The notes: generated from the letters alone by a model not told the origin. A stretch of 64,000 nucleotides of DNA from Candidatus Poribacteria bacterium (GCA_965208675.1 OZ242351.1:2176001-2240000), one strand, 5' to 3'; counted from the first letter of the stretch, positions 19,420 to 29,810 are shown. Program-made: numbers and translations.

Positions 19420-20691
19420 TCAATATCTGGGATGTCCAAAACCATCGTTAGTGATATGGCTGCGTGCTGGAATCTCTGCCTTATCCGGGATTATGAGATC
19501 GATTGCGGAGATATTTTCGATAATTGTGCCGTCACCGACACGGACGCTTTGTCCTATGCGGATCATTCCCGGTTTGACAGATGCGTTCCTGACGGTACCA
19601 ATAACCACTGAGGAGCCGATATCGCAACCGGCTTCAATTTCTACAAAACCGTGAAGTTCCGCGTTAGGGCCTACTGTCGAGTGGTTTCCAATCTTTACAG
19701 GGCCTAATAAACTTGCGTCCGTTCCAATCCGCACAAAATCTCCGATGATGGGATGACGTTGCTTCACTCTGACGCTCATGCCCCCGAGCGTGCAAGGGTA
19801 AATAACGCAGCCCGACCCGATGATTCCGGTTTGTCCGGTAGTGATACCGCGGTGAGGGTGATCAAGAAAGTTAGCGTCGCCGATTTGCGTTTCGGGGTGA
19901 AGGTCTGCCTGATAGTAACGCCCGCCAAGTTCCGCCATTGCACGGGGCAAGAACGGTACGGGGAACCTATGTAAATCGGGGTTACCTTCGACTGATCCTG
20001 ATTTTGTCAACGCGTGGGCGACATCGTGGTAGAAGAGCAACCGCCAACCGGGATAAGTACTCATAACCAGTTGCATCTGATAGTCAAAAGCGAATGCCAA
20101 ATCAAGACGATTCAAGGCGTCTTGATAGGGTTGAAAATCCTTGGTAGAGATGGCTTTGTCGATTTGTGCGCCGATATTAAGTTCGGTGAGTTTTTCTCGT
20201 GAAACACCGCCGTGAAGGAGGTAAGCGTCCCACACGGCTGGGTCTTTGAAAGAAGCGAAGCGATTCCATTGCGCACGAATTTTGAAGTCGGGGAGTTCCC
20301 AGAGTAATGCGAACGTGATGTCTAGCGCGCGGTCCTCTAAAGTTTCTTCGTCGCCAGCAGCCAAAAAGGATTGAGTAATCATCGCGTAGAGCTGATCGGC
20401 AACCTCCTCTATTGCATTTGGCAACTCGCGCTCTTGGTGCAACGGGTGCGGGGCATTGTGCGAACCCGGCGCCACACATTCTAACAGGTTTCCCAATACG
20501 ATTTCGAGAATCTCCCGATTGACGAACCCGCGCCCGGAACGCAGAGACAATACCTCTTCGCTTATTTTGTCGATGCGTAAGACTTTGAGTTCATCCGATG
20601 AGTACATTGGACGGAGATGATTCAGCGCTTGGTTCAACCGCGGACGTTTACGGGTTTCATAAGATGAATCAAAGAGCGTTGTTTCAGTCAT
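19420..20691 (-). CDS. Serine O-acetyltransferase-like hexapeptide-repeat protein with an unusual long N-terminal region
   Basis: ADLHPETQIG..NFLDH, TLGG and RHPIIG CysE-type left-handed beta-helix motifs. Confidence 0.7.
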   Translation of the reverse strand: MTETTLFDSSYETRKRPRLNQALNHLRPMYSSDELKVLRIDKISEEVLSLRSGRGFVNREILEIVLGNLLECVAPGSHNAPHPLHQERELPNAIEEVADQLYAMITQSFLAAGDEETLEDRALDITFALLWELPDFKIRAQWNRFASFKDPAVWDAYLLHGGVSREKLTELNIGAQIDKAISTKDFQPYQDALNRLDLAFAFDYQMQLVMSTYPGWRLLFYHDVAHALTKSGSVEGNPDLHRFPVPFLPRAMAELGGRYYQADLHPETQIGDANFLDHPHRGITTGQTGIIGSGCVIYPCTLGGMSVRVKQRHPIIGDFVRIGTDASLLGPVKIGNHSTVGPNAELHGFVEIEAGCDIGSSVVIGTVRNASVKPGMIRIGQSVRVGDGTIIENISAIDLIIPDKAEIPARSHITNDGFGHPRY

Positions 20692-20738
20692 GGTGCACTA
20701 TGCCTCAAAATCCATATTACTATAAATTTAACCTTGCC

Positions 20739-21548
20739 CTACACAAATTCGGCTGCCATTCCCGGCACGGCTAAATCGTACTTGACGGCAAGATCGTAAA
20801 ACTTCAGCATTCCTGCAATCTCCGCGCTGTCAAGGTCATAAAAAATGTGATTGGTTAAATAATCCTGACAAGTATCTTCCGGTAACCCGAGTTTTTTAGC
20901 TTCGATATGCGCAATTTCCGGAATTTTTTTGATGCCTAGTTGCTTAGCACACTGCAGTATTTGAGGCACGCTCCGTAGATTGACACCTTCTCTCGCCGCC
21001 CAGCACGCATAGACAAATGGCAAACCCGCGAACTCCTGCCACTCGGCACCGAGATCTAAAGCAGAATCTGCCCGACAACTCAATCCCATCGCAGCATCAC
21101 CGATTAATAGAACAGCGTCCGCATCAACCGACCATGGGTCGACAGAAGGAGGACATGGCGTAAACTCTGGATGGAGATTGTACTTCTCAGCGAGCCAAAT
21201 TTGCACCAAGGCGCAAGAACTTCGTGAACTTGTGTCAAGCGCGACGCGGCGGATGGACTCAATGGGGGCATTCGTGAAAAATTGGATGCTACGAACCGGT
21301 CCACGTGAGGAAATTGAGATGTGGGGAACAATCCGGTAGCCGGGGTTCCGGAAGTATTCAATGATTGGAATCAACGCTACATCAAGGTTGCCAATTTTCA
21401 AGTCGTCTGCCAAACGACTGGGATAATCGAGGAAAAGGTCGATCTCTTCGTCGGACTGCATTAGGCAATTATTCAAGAGTGGATAGATTAGAGGTTTTGT
21501 GTTTAAGTATGATACCGCACCGACCCTTACGCGGCCCTTCTGTGCCAT
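20739..21548 (-). CDS. mqnA: Chorismate dehydratase (futalosine menaquinone pathway)
   Basis: VSYLNTKPL, SSRSS, LLIGDAA and DLGAEW...GLPFVYACW motifs. Confidence 0.93.
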   Translation of the reverse strand: MAQKGRVRVGAVSYLNTKPLIYPLLNNCLMQSDEEIDLFLDYPSRLADDLKIGNLDVALIPIIEYFRNPGYRIVPHISISSRGPVRSIQFFTNAPIESIRRVALDTSSRSSCALVQIWLAEKYNLHPEFTPCPPSVDPWSVDADAVLLIGDAAMGLSCRADSALDLGAEWQEFAGLPFVYACWAAREGVNLRSVPQILQCAKQLGIKKIPEIAHIEAKKLGLPEDTCQDYLTNHIFYDLDSAEIAGMLKFYDLAVKYDLAVPGMAAEFV

Positions 21549-22663
21549 CTATGCCCCTCTCGGATGATTTCGTTGTAAAGCGTATCGCGTTCTATGGGAA
21601 TTCTACCTGCTTCTCTGATTACGCGGGAAATCTCCGCCACGGTGACCGATTCGGGGGTCACCGCGCCAGCCATGTGAGTAATCTTCTCCTCCGTCACCGT
21701 CCCGTCAATGTCGTCTGCACCGTAGCTCAATGAGACCTGCGCGACATTCATCCCAATCATAATCCAGTAGGCTTTTATGTGAGGGAAATTGTCCAGCATC
21801 AAGCGGGACACTGCAATATTCTGTAAATCCGTTAACCCCGATGTGCTCGGCAGGTATGCCATGCGTGTGTTCTCCGGGTGAAACGCGAGCGGAATGAATG
21901 TGATAAAACCGCCCGACCTGTCCTGTTGCGTGCGCAGACGAATTAGGTGGTCAACCCGGTCTTCGACGGTTTCAAGGTGCCCGTAGAGCATGGTTGCGTT
22001 GGTTGGGATATCGAGCCGGTGTGCAATGTCATGCACCTCAAGCCAGCCTTCTGCACTCAGTTTGCCGGGACAAATTTTTTCCCGCGTCTCTTCCGCAAAG
22101 ATTTCCGCTCCGCCGCCGGGCAGCGAATCCAGCCCTGCTTCACGCAACGCAATCAAGACTTCCTCAATCGACATCTTGAATATCCGAGAAAAATGGTGTA
22201 TTTCCACCGCCGTGAAAAACTTCAGATGCACTTGAGGCATCCGTTTTTTGAGTCCACGCAGCATGTCGAGATAATATTCAAACGGCAACTTTGGGTGCAG
22301 GCCACCGACGCTGTGGATTTCCGTGCAGCCGTGGTCGATTGAATACGCCGCATTGTCGAGAAATTCGTCTACGCTCATCTCCCACGCCCCGTCAGTCTTT
22401 ATGTTCTTACGCGCGAACGCACAGAAGTGACAGCGTGCGTGCAGAATACACACATTCGAATAGTCGATATGTTGGTTAATATTGTAGTAGGCGAAATTCC
22501 CGTTTTGGCGTTCTCGTACGATGTTGGCGAGATACCCGACGCCCGTTATGTCAGGGCTTTCATAGAGCGCGACACCGTCGTCAAATGAGAGACGCTCCTC
22601 CGCTTGCACCTTATCGTGGATGGGATAAAGGTTTGCGTCCGTTACCGGTAGATTTTTTCCCAT
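21527..22663 (-). CDS. mqnE: Aminofutalosine synthase (radical SAM, CofH/MqnE family)
   Basis: VGGLHP, FTAVEI, LPGGGAEIF, NATMLYGH, FIPLAFHPEN, HIKAYW and DGTVTEEKITHMAGA motifs; adjacent to mqnA. Confidence 0.9.
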   Translation of the reverse strand: MGKNLPVTDANLYPIHDKVQAEERLSFDDGVALYESPDITGVGYLANIVRERQNGNFAYYNINQHIDYSNVCILHARCHFCAFARKNIKTDGAWEMSVDEFLDNAAYSIDHGCTEIHSVGGLHPKLPFEYYLDMLRGLKKRMPQVHLKFFTAVEIHHFSRIFKMSIEEVLIALREAGLDSLPGGGAEIFAEETREKICPGKLSAEGWLEVHDIAHRLDIPTNATMLYGHLETVEDRVDHLIRLRTQQDRSGGFITFIPLAFHPENTRMAYLPSTSGLTDLQNIAVSRLMLDNFPHIKAYWIMIGMNVAQVSLSYGADDIDGTVTEEKITHMAGAVTPESVTVAEISRVIREAGRIPIERDTLYNEIIREGHRWHRRAA

Positions 22664-22687
22664 TTTTGCTCCTGTTTGGATATTGAA

Positions 22688-24298
22688 TCAGTTTTTGAAT
22701 TTTTCAAAAAGACCGTTCGATTTCAGATGGAAGATACTTTCGGAGTATGCGCTTTTGTCTTTTTCCGTCCGGTTGAGAACTAGCCGTTTATATTGATTGA
22801 CAATTCGCATTTCTGAACGTTCGGCGATTGATGGATACATGTTGAACTTATCATTTGCCACCAGAAAAACATCATAATTCTGGGCCAAGAATCTTTTACA
22901 ATTCCGCAATACATCTGAAACACCTTTGATATACTGTTTTCTAGCCTCTTTTCCCTTTCCCTTGAAGAGCGGTCCAATTTCTAGCTCATCTTTTCGATCA
23001 AATGCAAACAAATCATAGGCGTAGGCAAGTTGTTCGTGATAGTTGATTAGCCCAACATAGGGCGGACTCGAGAAAACCCCATTAATCTTCCGTGTATTCA
23101 CGAAACGAGCAAAATCAGGGTTTTCTGCCTTTAATGCCTCAACTATGTCAATTGTCCGAGAATCTCCGGTCAGACAGGTTTGAAATGTGCCTGTCCTTAA
23201 TCTATCGAAGTGAACGAGGCGCTGAATTGTATCTTGACAGTACCGTTCCCACCAACTCAATATTGAAAACAGCGGCCTGCACATTTTTCCATGCTTGGCG
23301 CAGTAATAGACAGTCGTTACAGGTTCTTTTAAAGTTGCCAAATCTGCATGCGTCGTTGCTCGGCAGGTACGAATGGTTCGGCTCAAAATAATCTGAATCA
23401 CCCGCTGGATTTCACGGTTTTTTATGTGGCTCACGCGTTCAAAGACAAAATCAATCTCTGACCTTACCGGCGACAAATACCACATATCAAGGAAATTCTC
23501 TGACTTTCTTTGCCACAGCTTTATCCCATATTGGTTTATTAGCTGAAAATACCTGAGTGAGAATTCGTCCTCTTTTTCTTTCCCGTATTTCTCTTGATTA
23601 ATCAGTCCTTGCCTGACTTTGTATTTGAAATCCGGAGACGGAAAATGTTCGTTATTGAACTTGGCGAGTTCCTCGGTGAGTTGTATTTCAAATTGAACAA
23701 CATTGGATTGGCTGATGAACCGTTTCAGAGCGTTTGTGATGCTGTGAATTTCATCCTACACATCAATGAGACTATGTTTTTCTATTTTTATGTTGCTAAT
23801 GAGTGTATTAAATGCAGATATATCAATTCCGATAGCGTGCATTCCAAGCTCGTTGGCTTGCACCAGTGTTGTGCCGCTGCCGCAAAAGGGATTCAGGATA
23901 ACATCACCTTGTTCGAAACAGTCATCTTTTTTGAAATCATCCGTATGACCATCTAAGAAGTATTCAACCAGTTGCGGAATGAACTTTCCTTTATATGGGT
24001 GCAGCCTATGGACGTGTTTCGTCGTATCAGCTTCTTTCAGAAAATCAAATGACAATCCCCAATTTACGTCTTCGCCTAACTGCGCCTTCCAGTTGATTTC
24101 TCGTTTCCCCAAATATGACTGATAGTATTTAATCAAATCCTGTTTTGAAATGCTCGCGGAACCATTATTGTCATATTTCCGAATCCTTCCATATTGAATT
24201 AGATAAGAGATATTGGAAGCGGTCACATTTTTCTTAAGATATTCGGTTGCCCATTCGCTGGCTTGAGGAATTGTCATTAAATCCGTGTCTTCAACCAT
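22688..24298 (-). pseudogene. Solitary N4-cytosine/N6 DNA methyltransferase with N-terminal HTH, interrupted by one in-frame TAG (23756-23758)
   Basis: HRLHPYKGKFIPQLV, NPFCGSGTT and SPPY motifs; the two ORF-track pieces are in the same frame and joined by 90 open codons (...LIDV*DEIHSITNAL...FLDMWYL). Confidence 0.85.
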
Positions 24299-24476
24299 AT
24301 TTGAATTTCTCCAAGAATGGTTAGCTTGTTCTAAAACCTCCGTCCAATTCCCAAAATTGGATATCAGTATTATAGCCCAGAGTATGTTGACGTGCAAGCG
24401 AATATTACGCCTTGCTCACGGGTTTTCATTTTGGTACACTTTCGAAAATAAAGTCAACTGCGGGAGGTGATTTCCA

Positions 24477-25292
24477 ATCAACAATTCTCATTCCGGCGTT
24501 ATCACGCTGACGACCGATTTTGGAACGAACGACCCCTACCTCGGCGTCATGAAAGGCGTGATTCTCAATATCAATCCACATATTCAAATCGTTGACATCA
24601 CGCATTCGATTCCGCCCCAAAACATCCATGATGCTTCCTTCATCATTGATTCAGCGTACCGTTATTTCCCAAGCGGAAGTATCCATGTGGTCGTTGTAGA
24701 TCCAGGTGTTGGAAGTACACGCCGGGCTATCGCCTGCCAAACTGAAACGGGCTGCTTCGTCTGCCCAGACAACGGCGTTTTGAGCTACGTGCTTGATGAA
24801 GATGTCCCGTATCGCGCTGTCTCCGTGGACAACGCCGAATATTGCCTACCTGAGATTAGCAACACATTTCACGGCAGGGACATATTCGCGCCCATTGCGG
24901 CGTATCTATCAAGGGGGGTTCTCCTCAACGACATCGGGCGGGCGGTTAATAACCTCGTGCAACTGAAAGGTTCTAAAGTCCAAATCACGCGGACCGAAAT
25001 TATCGGGTGCATTATCTGGATCGATAGATTCGGCAACCTAATCACGAACATTTCAAGTGAAACCCTCGAATCGACAATCGCCCGCGAAAATTTCGCCATC
25101 CGGGCGGGAAATGTCGAGATTAATCGGCTCAACCGCTCTTACGCCGAGTCTCAAGCCGGGGAGTGTTTGGCAATTATCGGCAGTTTCGGGCGGTTAGAGA
25201 TCTCGGTCAACCAAGGAAATGCCGCGCGGCTGCTTGAATTGAAGCGCGGCGATCCAATAGTCGTTCGTAAGACGGATAGTGTACCACAATAA
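24477..25292 (+). CDS. SAM hydroxide adenosyltransferase (DUF62, SAM hydrolase/halogenase family); probable non-canonical ATC start
   Basis: ITLTTDFG lies upstream of the first ATG (24549); VVDPGVGS.RR, TFHGRD and IDRFGNLITN motifs. Confidence 0.88.
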   Translation: MNNSHSGVITLTTDFGTNDPYLGVMKGVILNINPHIQIVDITHSIPPQNIHDASFIIDSAYRYFPSGSIHVVVVDPGVGSTRRAIACQTETGCFVCPDNGVLSYVLDEDVPYRAVSVDNAEYCLPEISNTFHGRDIFAPIAAYLSRGVLLNDIGRAVNNLVQLKGSKVQITRTEIIGCIIWIDRFGNLITNISSETLESTIARENFAIRAGNVEINRLNRSYAESQAGECLAIIGSFGRLEISVNQGNAARLLELKRGDPIVVRKTDSVPQ

Positions 25293-25469
25293 TCCTTGTC
25301 AAAGCGAGGTCGTAGACGATTGGTTGCTCAAGCCAAAATCCATACGGTCTCGCTGACTTTTCACTCTTTAATCGTTGAGGCAGATTTTCCATTGAATTCA
25401 AGCAATAGGTCGCCCATTATTTTACGGACTGCCTGATAAATTGTGACGTATTAAGGGTAGTGATTTCTG

Positions 25470-25498
25470 TTGACGGTATGGGAGATTTTTGCTACGCT
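25470..25498 (+). promoter_or_regulatory. Putative sigma70 promoter (TTGACG-N17-TACGCT) for the SDR/PfkB cluster
   Basis: Near-consensus hexamers with a 17-bp spacer, ~60 bp upstream of the SDR start. Confidence 0.45.
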
Positions 25499-25561
25499 AT
25501 TCTGACAGCGGAGTTGGCACCAACGGTCCGTGAATCCCTGTCTTTTGGAGGAACATAATAG

Positions 25562-26320
25562 ATGAGTTCAGTTAGTAAGGTCGCCATCGTCACGGGCGCC
25601 GGAACCGGCATCGGTAAACGGACAGCGCTGGCTCTTTTGCAGGAAGGATATTCGGTTTCACTAGCCGGGCGCCGCGCGGAGACGCTTGAGATGACTGCGG
25701 CGGAAGCGGGAGCGTCGGGTTGCCGAGTTTTGATTGTACCTACTGACGTGGCTCAACCAGCCTCCGTACGATCCCTCTTCGCCAAGACGAAGGAGGTTTT
25801 TGGGAGGCTTGATCTGTTATTTAACAATGCGGGTACCGGCGCGCCGCCCGTACTATTGGAAGATCTAACTTACGAACAGTGGAAAACCGTGGTAGATGTC
25901 AACCTGACCGGTGCGTTTCTGTGCACGCAAGAGGCATTCAAGATGATGAAAAGCCAGGAACCTAGGGGCGGGCGCATCATCAATAACGGCTCCATATCCG
26001 CACACGTACCTCGCCCGAACTCTGCGCCTTATACAGCCACTAAACACGCGATGACTGGACTTACCCGCTCCTCGGCTCTTGACGGACGCAAGTACGATAT
26101 CGCGTGCGGTCAAATCGACATCGGGAATGCTGCAACCGAAATGACGGAGAGGATGAACGACGGAGTTCCGCAAGCAAATGGTTCCGTCATGGTTGAACCA
26201 AGAATGGACGCAGACAACGTTGCACGAGCGGTAGTTTACATGGCTAGCCTCCCACTGGATACCGTGGTGCAATTCATGACTGTCATGGCGTCAAAGATGC
26301 CTTACATTGGGCGCGGGTAA
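25562..26320 (+). CDS. SDR family oxidoreductase
   Basis: [19 protein letters not shown] and YTATK motifs. Confidence 0.93.
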   Translation: MSSVSKVAIVTGAGTGIGKRTALALLQEGYSVSLAGRRAETLEMTAAEAGASGCRVLIVPTDVAQPASVRSLFAKTKEVFGRLDLLFNNAGTGAPPVLLEDLTYEQWKTVVDVNLTGAFLCTQEAFKMMKSQEPRGGRIINNGSISAHVPRPNSAPYTATKHAMTGLTRSSALDGRKYDIACGQIDIGNAATEMTERMNDGVPQANGSVMVEPRMDADNVARAVVYMASLPLDTVVQFMTVMASKMPYIGRG

Positions 26321-26491
26321 CCGAATGACACCCTTAAGAGCCTGTTTGAATAATAGGCGGCAATGCCATTCTTGGGCGTTTGAGTTGGTATAACTGGTGG
26401 AACTTCTATCGCGCGGGATTTACTATCGCCTTCGCTATACGTTCAATTAATTCTATTCAGCCGATTGATTCCCGCCTACGGAGGGTAGTGG

Positions 26492-26523
26492 GGTACTATA
26501 CACCTGCCGCCCCGCTGGGGCTG
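26492..26523. repeat. Short REP-like palindrome (GCCCC-GCT-GGGGC)
   Basis: Intergenic GC hairpin preceded by CTATACACCT. Confidence 0.35.
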
Positions 26524-26554
26524 AATAAAATGAATTTTCAAACTGGTTCTCAGG

Positions 26555-27490
26555 ATGGTAGACATGCCGAGTTGGGATATATTCGGTTGCGGCATCGTGG
26601 CTGTTGATGATTTTATCACCGTGGACAGCTACCCGCCGCCTGACGCGAAAACCCCCGTATTGTCCAAAATTCGCCAAGGCGGCGGTCTAACCGGGACCAC
26701 GCTGGTTGCGGCGTCACGACTAGGAGCGAAATGTGCGTTTGGCGGTGTGTTAGGCGACGATTCACTCTCCGCTTGGACGATTGAAGAGTTAGAACGCGAA
26801 GGCGTTGATTGCGGCCCGATTATTCGTCAAACCGGCGCCCAACCACTCCACTCTGTTATTATTGTTGACCGCACAGCGAAGACCCGGAATATTTTCTACT
26901 CAGACGCGGAAGTTGCACCGCGCCCGTTAGAAAGCATTGATGAATCACTCATTGGACAGACTCGTTTGCTATTTATAGACCATCTTGGCGTCGAGAATAT
27001 GCTGTACGCAGCCGGAATTGCCAAAAGGATGGGGATTCCAACGATTGCCGACATTGAACTTTGTGATCATCCTCAAACCGGCGAATTGATGGCGCAAATC
27101 GACTATCTGATACTGTCAGCGAGTTTCGCTGCCGTGTTCACGGGCAAGAATGACCCTGCCCAAGCGGTTGAACATCTAGCGTCTCGGAGCTCCCGCGCCT
27201 GTACGATTGTTACTGCAGGCGATCAGGGCTGCTGGTACGCCTGCGAAGAAAATCCCGGTGACATCCTGCATTTTTCGGCGTTTGCGGTTCAGGTGGTGGA
27301 TACAACCGGTTGCGGGGATGTCTTTCACGGCGCTTACGCTGCAGGAATAACGTCGGGATTGCCGGTTTCGGCGTGCATTCGCTTTGCGTCCGCTGCCGCG
27401 GCAATCAAAGCCACAAAGACTGGAGGACGCGCCGGTATCCCGGACCGCGCCGCAGTTGAACAATTCCTGAGAGAACGGGAAACGATTTAA
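26555..27490 (+). CDS. PfkB family carbohydrate kinase
   Basis: GGG..G at the N-terminus; VVDTTGCGDVFHGAY PfkB signature. Confidence 0.92.
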   Translation: MVDMPSWDIFGCGIVAVDDFITVDSYPPPDAKTPVLSKIRQGGGLTGTTLVAASRLGAKCAFGGVLGDDSLSAWTIEELEREGVDCGPIIRQTGAQPLHSVIIVDRTAKTRNIFYSDAEVAPRPLESIDESLIGQTRLLFIDHLGVENMLYAAGIAKRMGIPTIADIELCDHPQTGELMAQIDYLILSASFAAVFTGKNDPAQAVEHLASRSSRACTIVTAGDQGCWYACEENPGDILHFSAFAVQVVDTTGCGDVFHGAYAAGITSGLPVSACIRFASAAAAIKATKTGGRAGIPDRAAVEQFLRERETI

Positions 27491-27580
27491 TGAAATTGTC
27501 AGCCGAAATTCGAATCTCCGCAATTTCTCCTGCTGCCGATTTTGGATAATGGTCCTACACATAATTCGGGAGGATAAACG

Positions 27581-28912
27581 ATGAACAACGGTTCTTTGAC
27601 TCGCGTGTTAGCAGAAGGGTTGGCTGAAATTCCTGCCCTTGATTGCCATTCGCACATTGATGCTTCTCACCTCTCGGCGCGCGGACTCCACGATGTGCTG
27701 CTCTACCACATGGTAATCTCTGACCTGTATAGCGCCGGCTGCTCCAACGGCGGACGCCTCGACGAACATCCTGACAAAAACGAAATTCACAGTCGGATTT
27801 CGGAAGCCATCCCGTTTTTGAAGTATATCCAGAATACCAGTTGCTATTGGGGATTGAAAATCATCCTGAGGGACCTCTACCACTGGACAGAACCGATTTC
27901 TGAGGACAATTGGGTTACACTGGATGGTTTGATAAAGGAGCGGTCGACGGATCCTGACTGGCCGCGTGAGGTTATGCGCAAAGCGAATAGCCGCCGCATC
28001 GGCACTGAATTCTGGCGCGGCCATGATGGGGAAGCCGATGATATTCTGCAGTATAGCTTGGAATGGGCTTTTTTTACTCGTACGCAATGGGGACAGAACG
28101 ACATTCCGCTTTTTGAATTGGAGAAGGCGTGGAATGAAAACGAACCATCCCCACCGCTGCCGGTGACCCTTGAATCCCGCCCAATACTAGAACGTGTAAT
28201 CCGCACGATTGACGACGTGCACAGCGCAATTCAACACTATTGCGATAGAATTCCATATGAGCGAGTGCTGAGCACGGCACAGCATTTCTCAACGGACATC
28301 AACTACCGTCTGGTGAGTGACAGCGAGATGGAAACCGCCCTAAGCCGCCGAGCCGATGCCACAATCCAGGATCGCGATGTCTACGCAAACTATATCCTTG
28401 AAGTATTCCTGACCGAACTGGATAAACATGCGGACGAGATAGTCTATCAGTTTTCCCTTGGTGCGGAACCCTTGCCTTATGAGACGGGAAGCAAACTCAG
28501 GCAGGAGACCATTTTCCAGTTGGCTCAAATTTTTGAACGCCATCCGCAGTTGAGATTTCAGGTTTTTTTATCGAGCGAGCATGCGAGTCCCGCCTTGTGC
28601 ACATTGGCGAGAGAGTTGCCAAACCTCTCCTTCGCCGGTTATTGGTGGCATAACTTCTTCCCCTCGACCATCCGGAAAGTGATAGCGGATCGGCTGGATA
28701 TGGTGGCGGCAAACAAGCAAATCGGTTTTTTCAGCGATGCATATACAATGGAATGGGCATACGCGAAAGCAATACTTGTCCGCAAACAACTCGCAGAAGT
28801 GTTGGCGCAGAAAGTCAGCCAAGGACAGTATTCCATTGATGACTCGCTTTCGATTGCAAGGCAGATTTTGTTTGTGACACCCCAAAGCCTCTTGGGCATG
28901 CAGCCGGCGTGA
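27581..28912 (+). CDS. Amidohydrolase-superfamily protein, uronate isomerase (UxaC)-like
   Basis: DCHSH metal motif, GYWWHNF and FFSDAY; C-terminal LAEVLA..V..G typical of UxaC-like enzymes. Confidence 0.7.
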   Translation: MNNGSLTRVLAEGLAEIPALDCHSHIDASHLSARGLHDVLLYHMVISDLYSAGCSNGGRLDEHPDKNEIHSRISEAIPFLKYIQNTSCYWGLKIILRDLYHWTEPISEDNWVTLDGLIKERSTDPDWPREVMRKANSRRIGTEFWRGHDGEADDILQYSLEWAFFTRTQWGQNDIPLFELEKAWNENEPSPPLPVTLESRPILERVIRTIDDVHSAIQHYCDRIPYERVLSTAQHFSTDINYRLVSDSEMETALSRRADATIQDRDVYANYILEVFLTELDKHADEIVYQFSLGAEPLPYETGSKLRQETIFQLAQIFERHPQLRFQVFLSSEHASPALCTLARELPNLSFAGYWWHNFFPSTIRKVIADRLDMVAANKQIGFFSDAYTMEWAYAKAILVRKQLAEVLAQKVSQGQYSIDDSLSIARQILFVTPQSLLGMQPA

Positions 28913-28973
28913 TTGCCGTCCTGTGACGCTCCGGAATTCCGACTACCCAAAAATAGTATCAATAGACCGGTAA

Positions 28974-29810
28974 ATGACACCAACATTTCTCGCCATTGGA
29001 CATTTTTGTTATGATGTTTCACCGAGCGGTTATGTAATTGGGGGTTCGGCGGCATATTCGACGATTACTGCGCGAAATCTTGGTTGCCGCGCACGCGCCA
29101 TTACGGCTGTGGGTAGTGATTTTGACCCACAGAATCCGACGTTAGATGGCGTCGAAGTGATTTACCAAGAATCGTCAAACACGACCATCTTCGAGAACCG
29201 GTACGGCGCAGATGGCGGGCGGGAACAATTAATCTTGTCTATAAGCAGCCGATTGAGGCCGCAAGTCGTTGCGTCGGTTTCTCGTAACGCAGAAATTGCT
29301 TACCTGTGCCCGATTGCTGATGAAGTTGACCCTGATTGTATTCACAGCCTCAATTCCGCCTTAATCGGTGTCACGCCGCAAGGTTGGATGCGGCAGTTGG
29401 ACGGGGACTCGCAAGTTGTTCGACCCAAGCGGTGGGATTCTGCTCCTGCTATTTTACCGTGTGCCGATGTGCTAATTTTGAGTGAGGAGGATTTGATTGC
29501 CTATCCGGATGAGCTGGAGAAATATATTGAATTGACAAGAATTGTGGTTTTAACCAAGGGTAGGTATGGCGCTACACTGTATGAAAATGGCCGTATACTG
29601 GATTCCCAAGCCTATCCTGCGAATGAAGTTGACCCTACGGGCGCCGGCGACGTTTTTGCAGCCGCGTTTTTAATCAAATATTATGAAACTCGCTTGCCGC
29701 AGGAGGCTCTCAATTTTGCGCACTGCGCGGCCTCGTTTGCTGTCGAAGGAAAATATACAACAAACATACCGACGTTGGATTCAATCCATTGCCGCTTGAA
29801 ACCAATTTAA
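28974..29810 (+). CDS. PfkB family carbohydrate kinase
   Basis: GGSAAY, TPQGW and VDPTGAGDVFAAAF motifs. Confidence 0.92.
   Translation: MTPTFLAIGHFCYDVSPSGYVIGGSAAYSTITARNLGCRARAITAVGSDFDPQNPTLDGVEVIYQESSNTTIFENRYGADGGREQLILSISSRLRPQVVASVSRNAEIAYLCPIADEVDPDCIHSLNSALIGVTPQGWMRQLDGDSQVVRPKRWDSAPAILPCADVLILSEEDLIAYPDELEKYIELTRIVVLTKGRYGATLYENGRILDSQAYPANEVDPTGAGDVFAAAFLIKYYETRLPQEALNFAHCAASFAVEGKYTTNIPTLDSIHCRLKPI

Noticed and set aside
24477-25292. SAM-dependent chlorinase or fluorinase
   Set aside because: It has TFHGRD and DPGVG..RR (the Asp-Arg-His triad of DUF62 hydrolases) rather than the TFY(G/S)R of halogenases.
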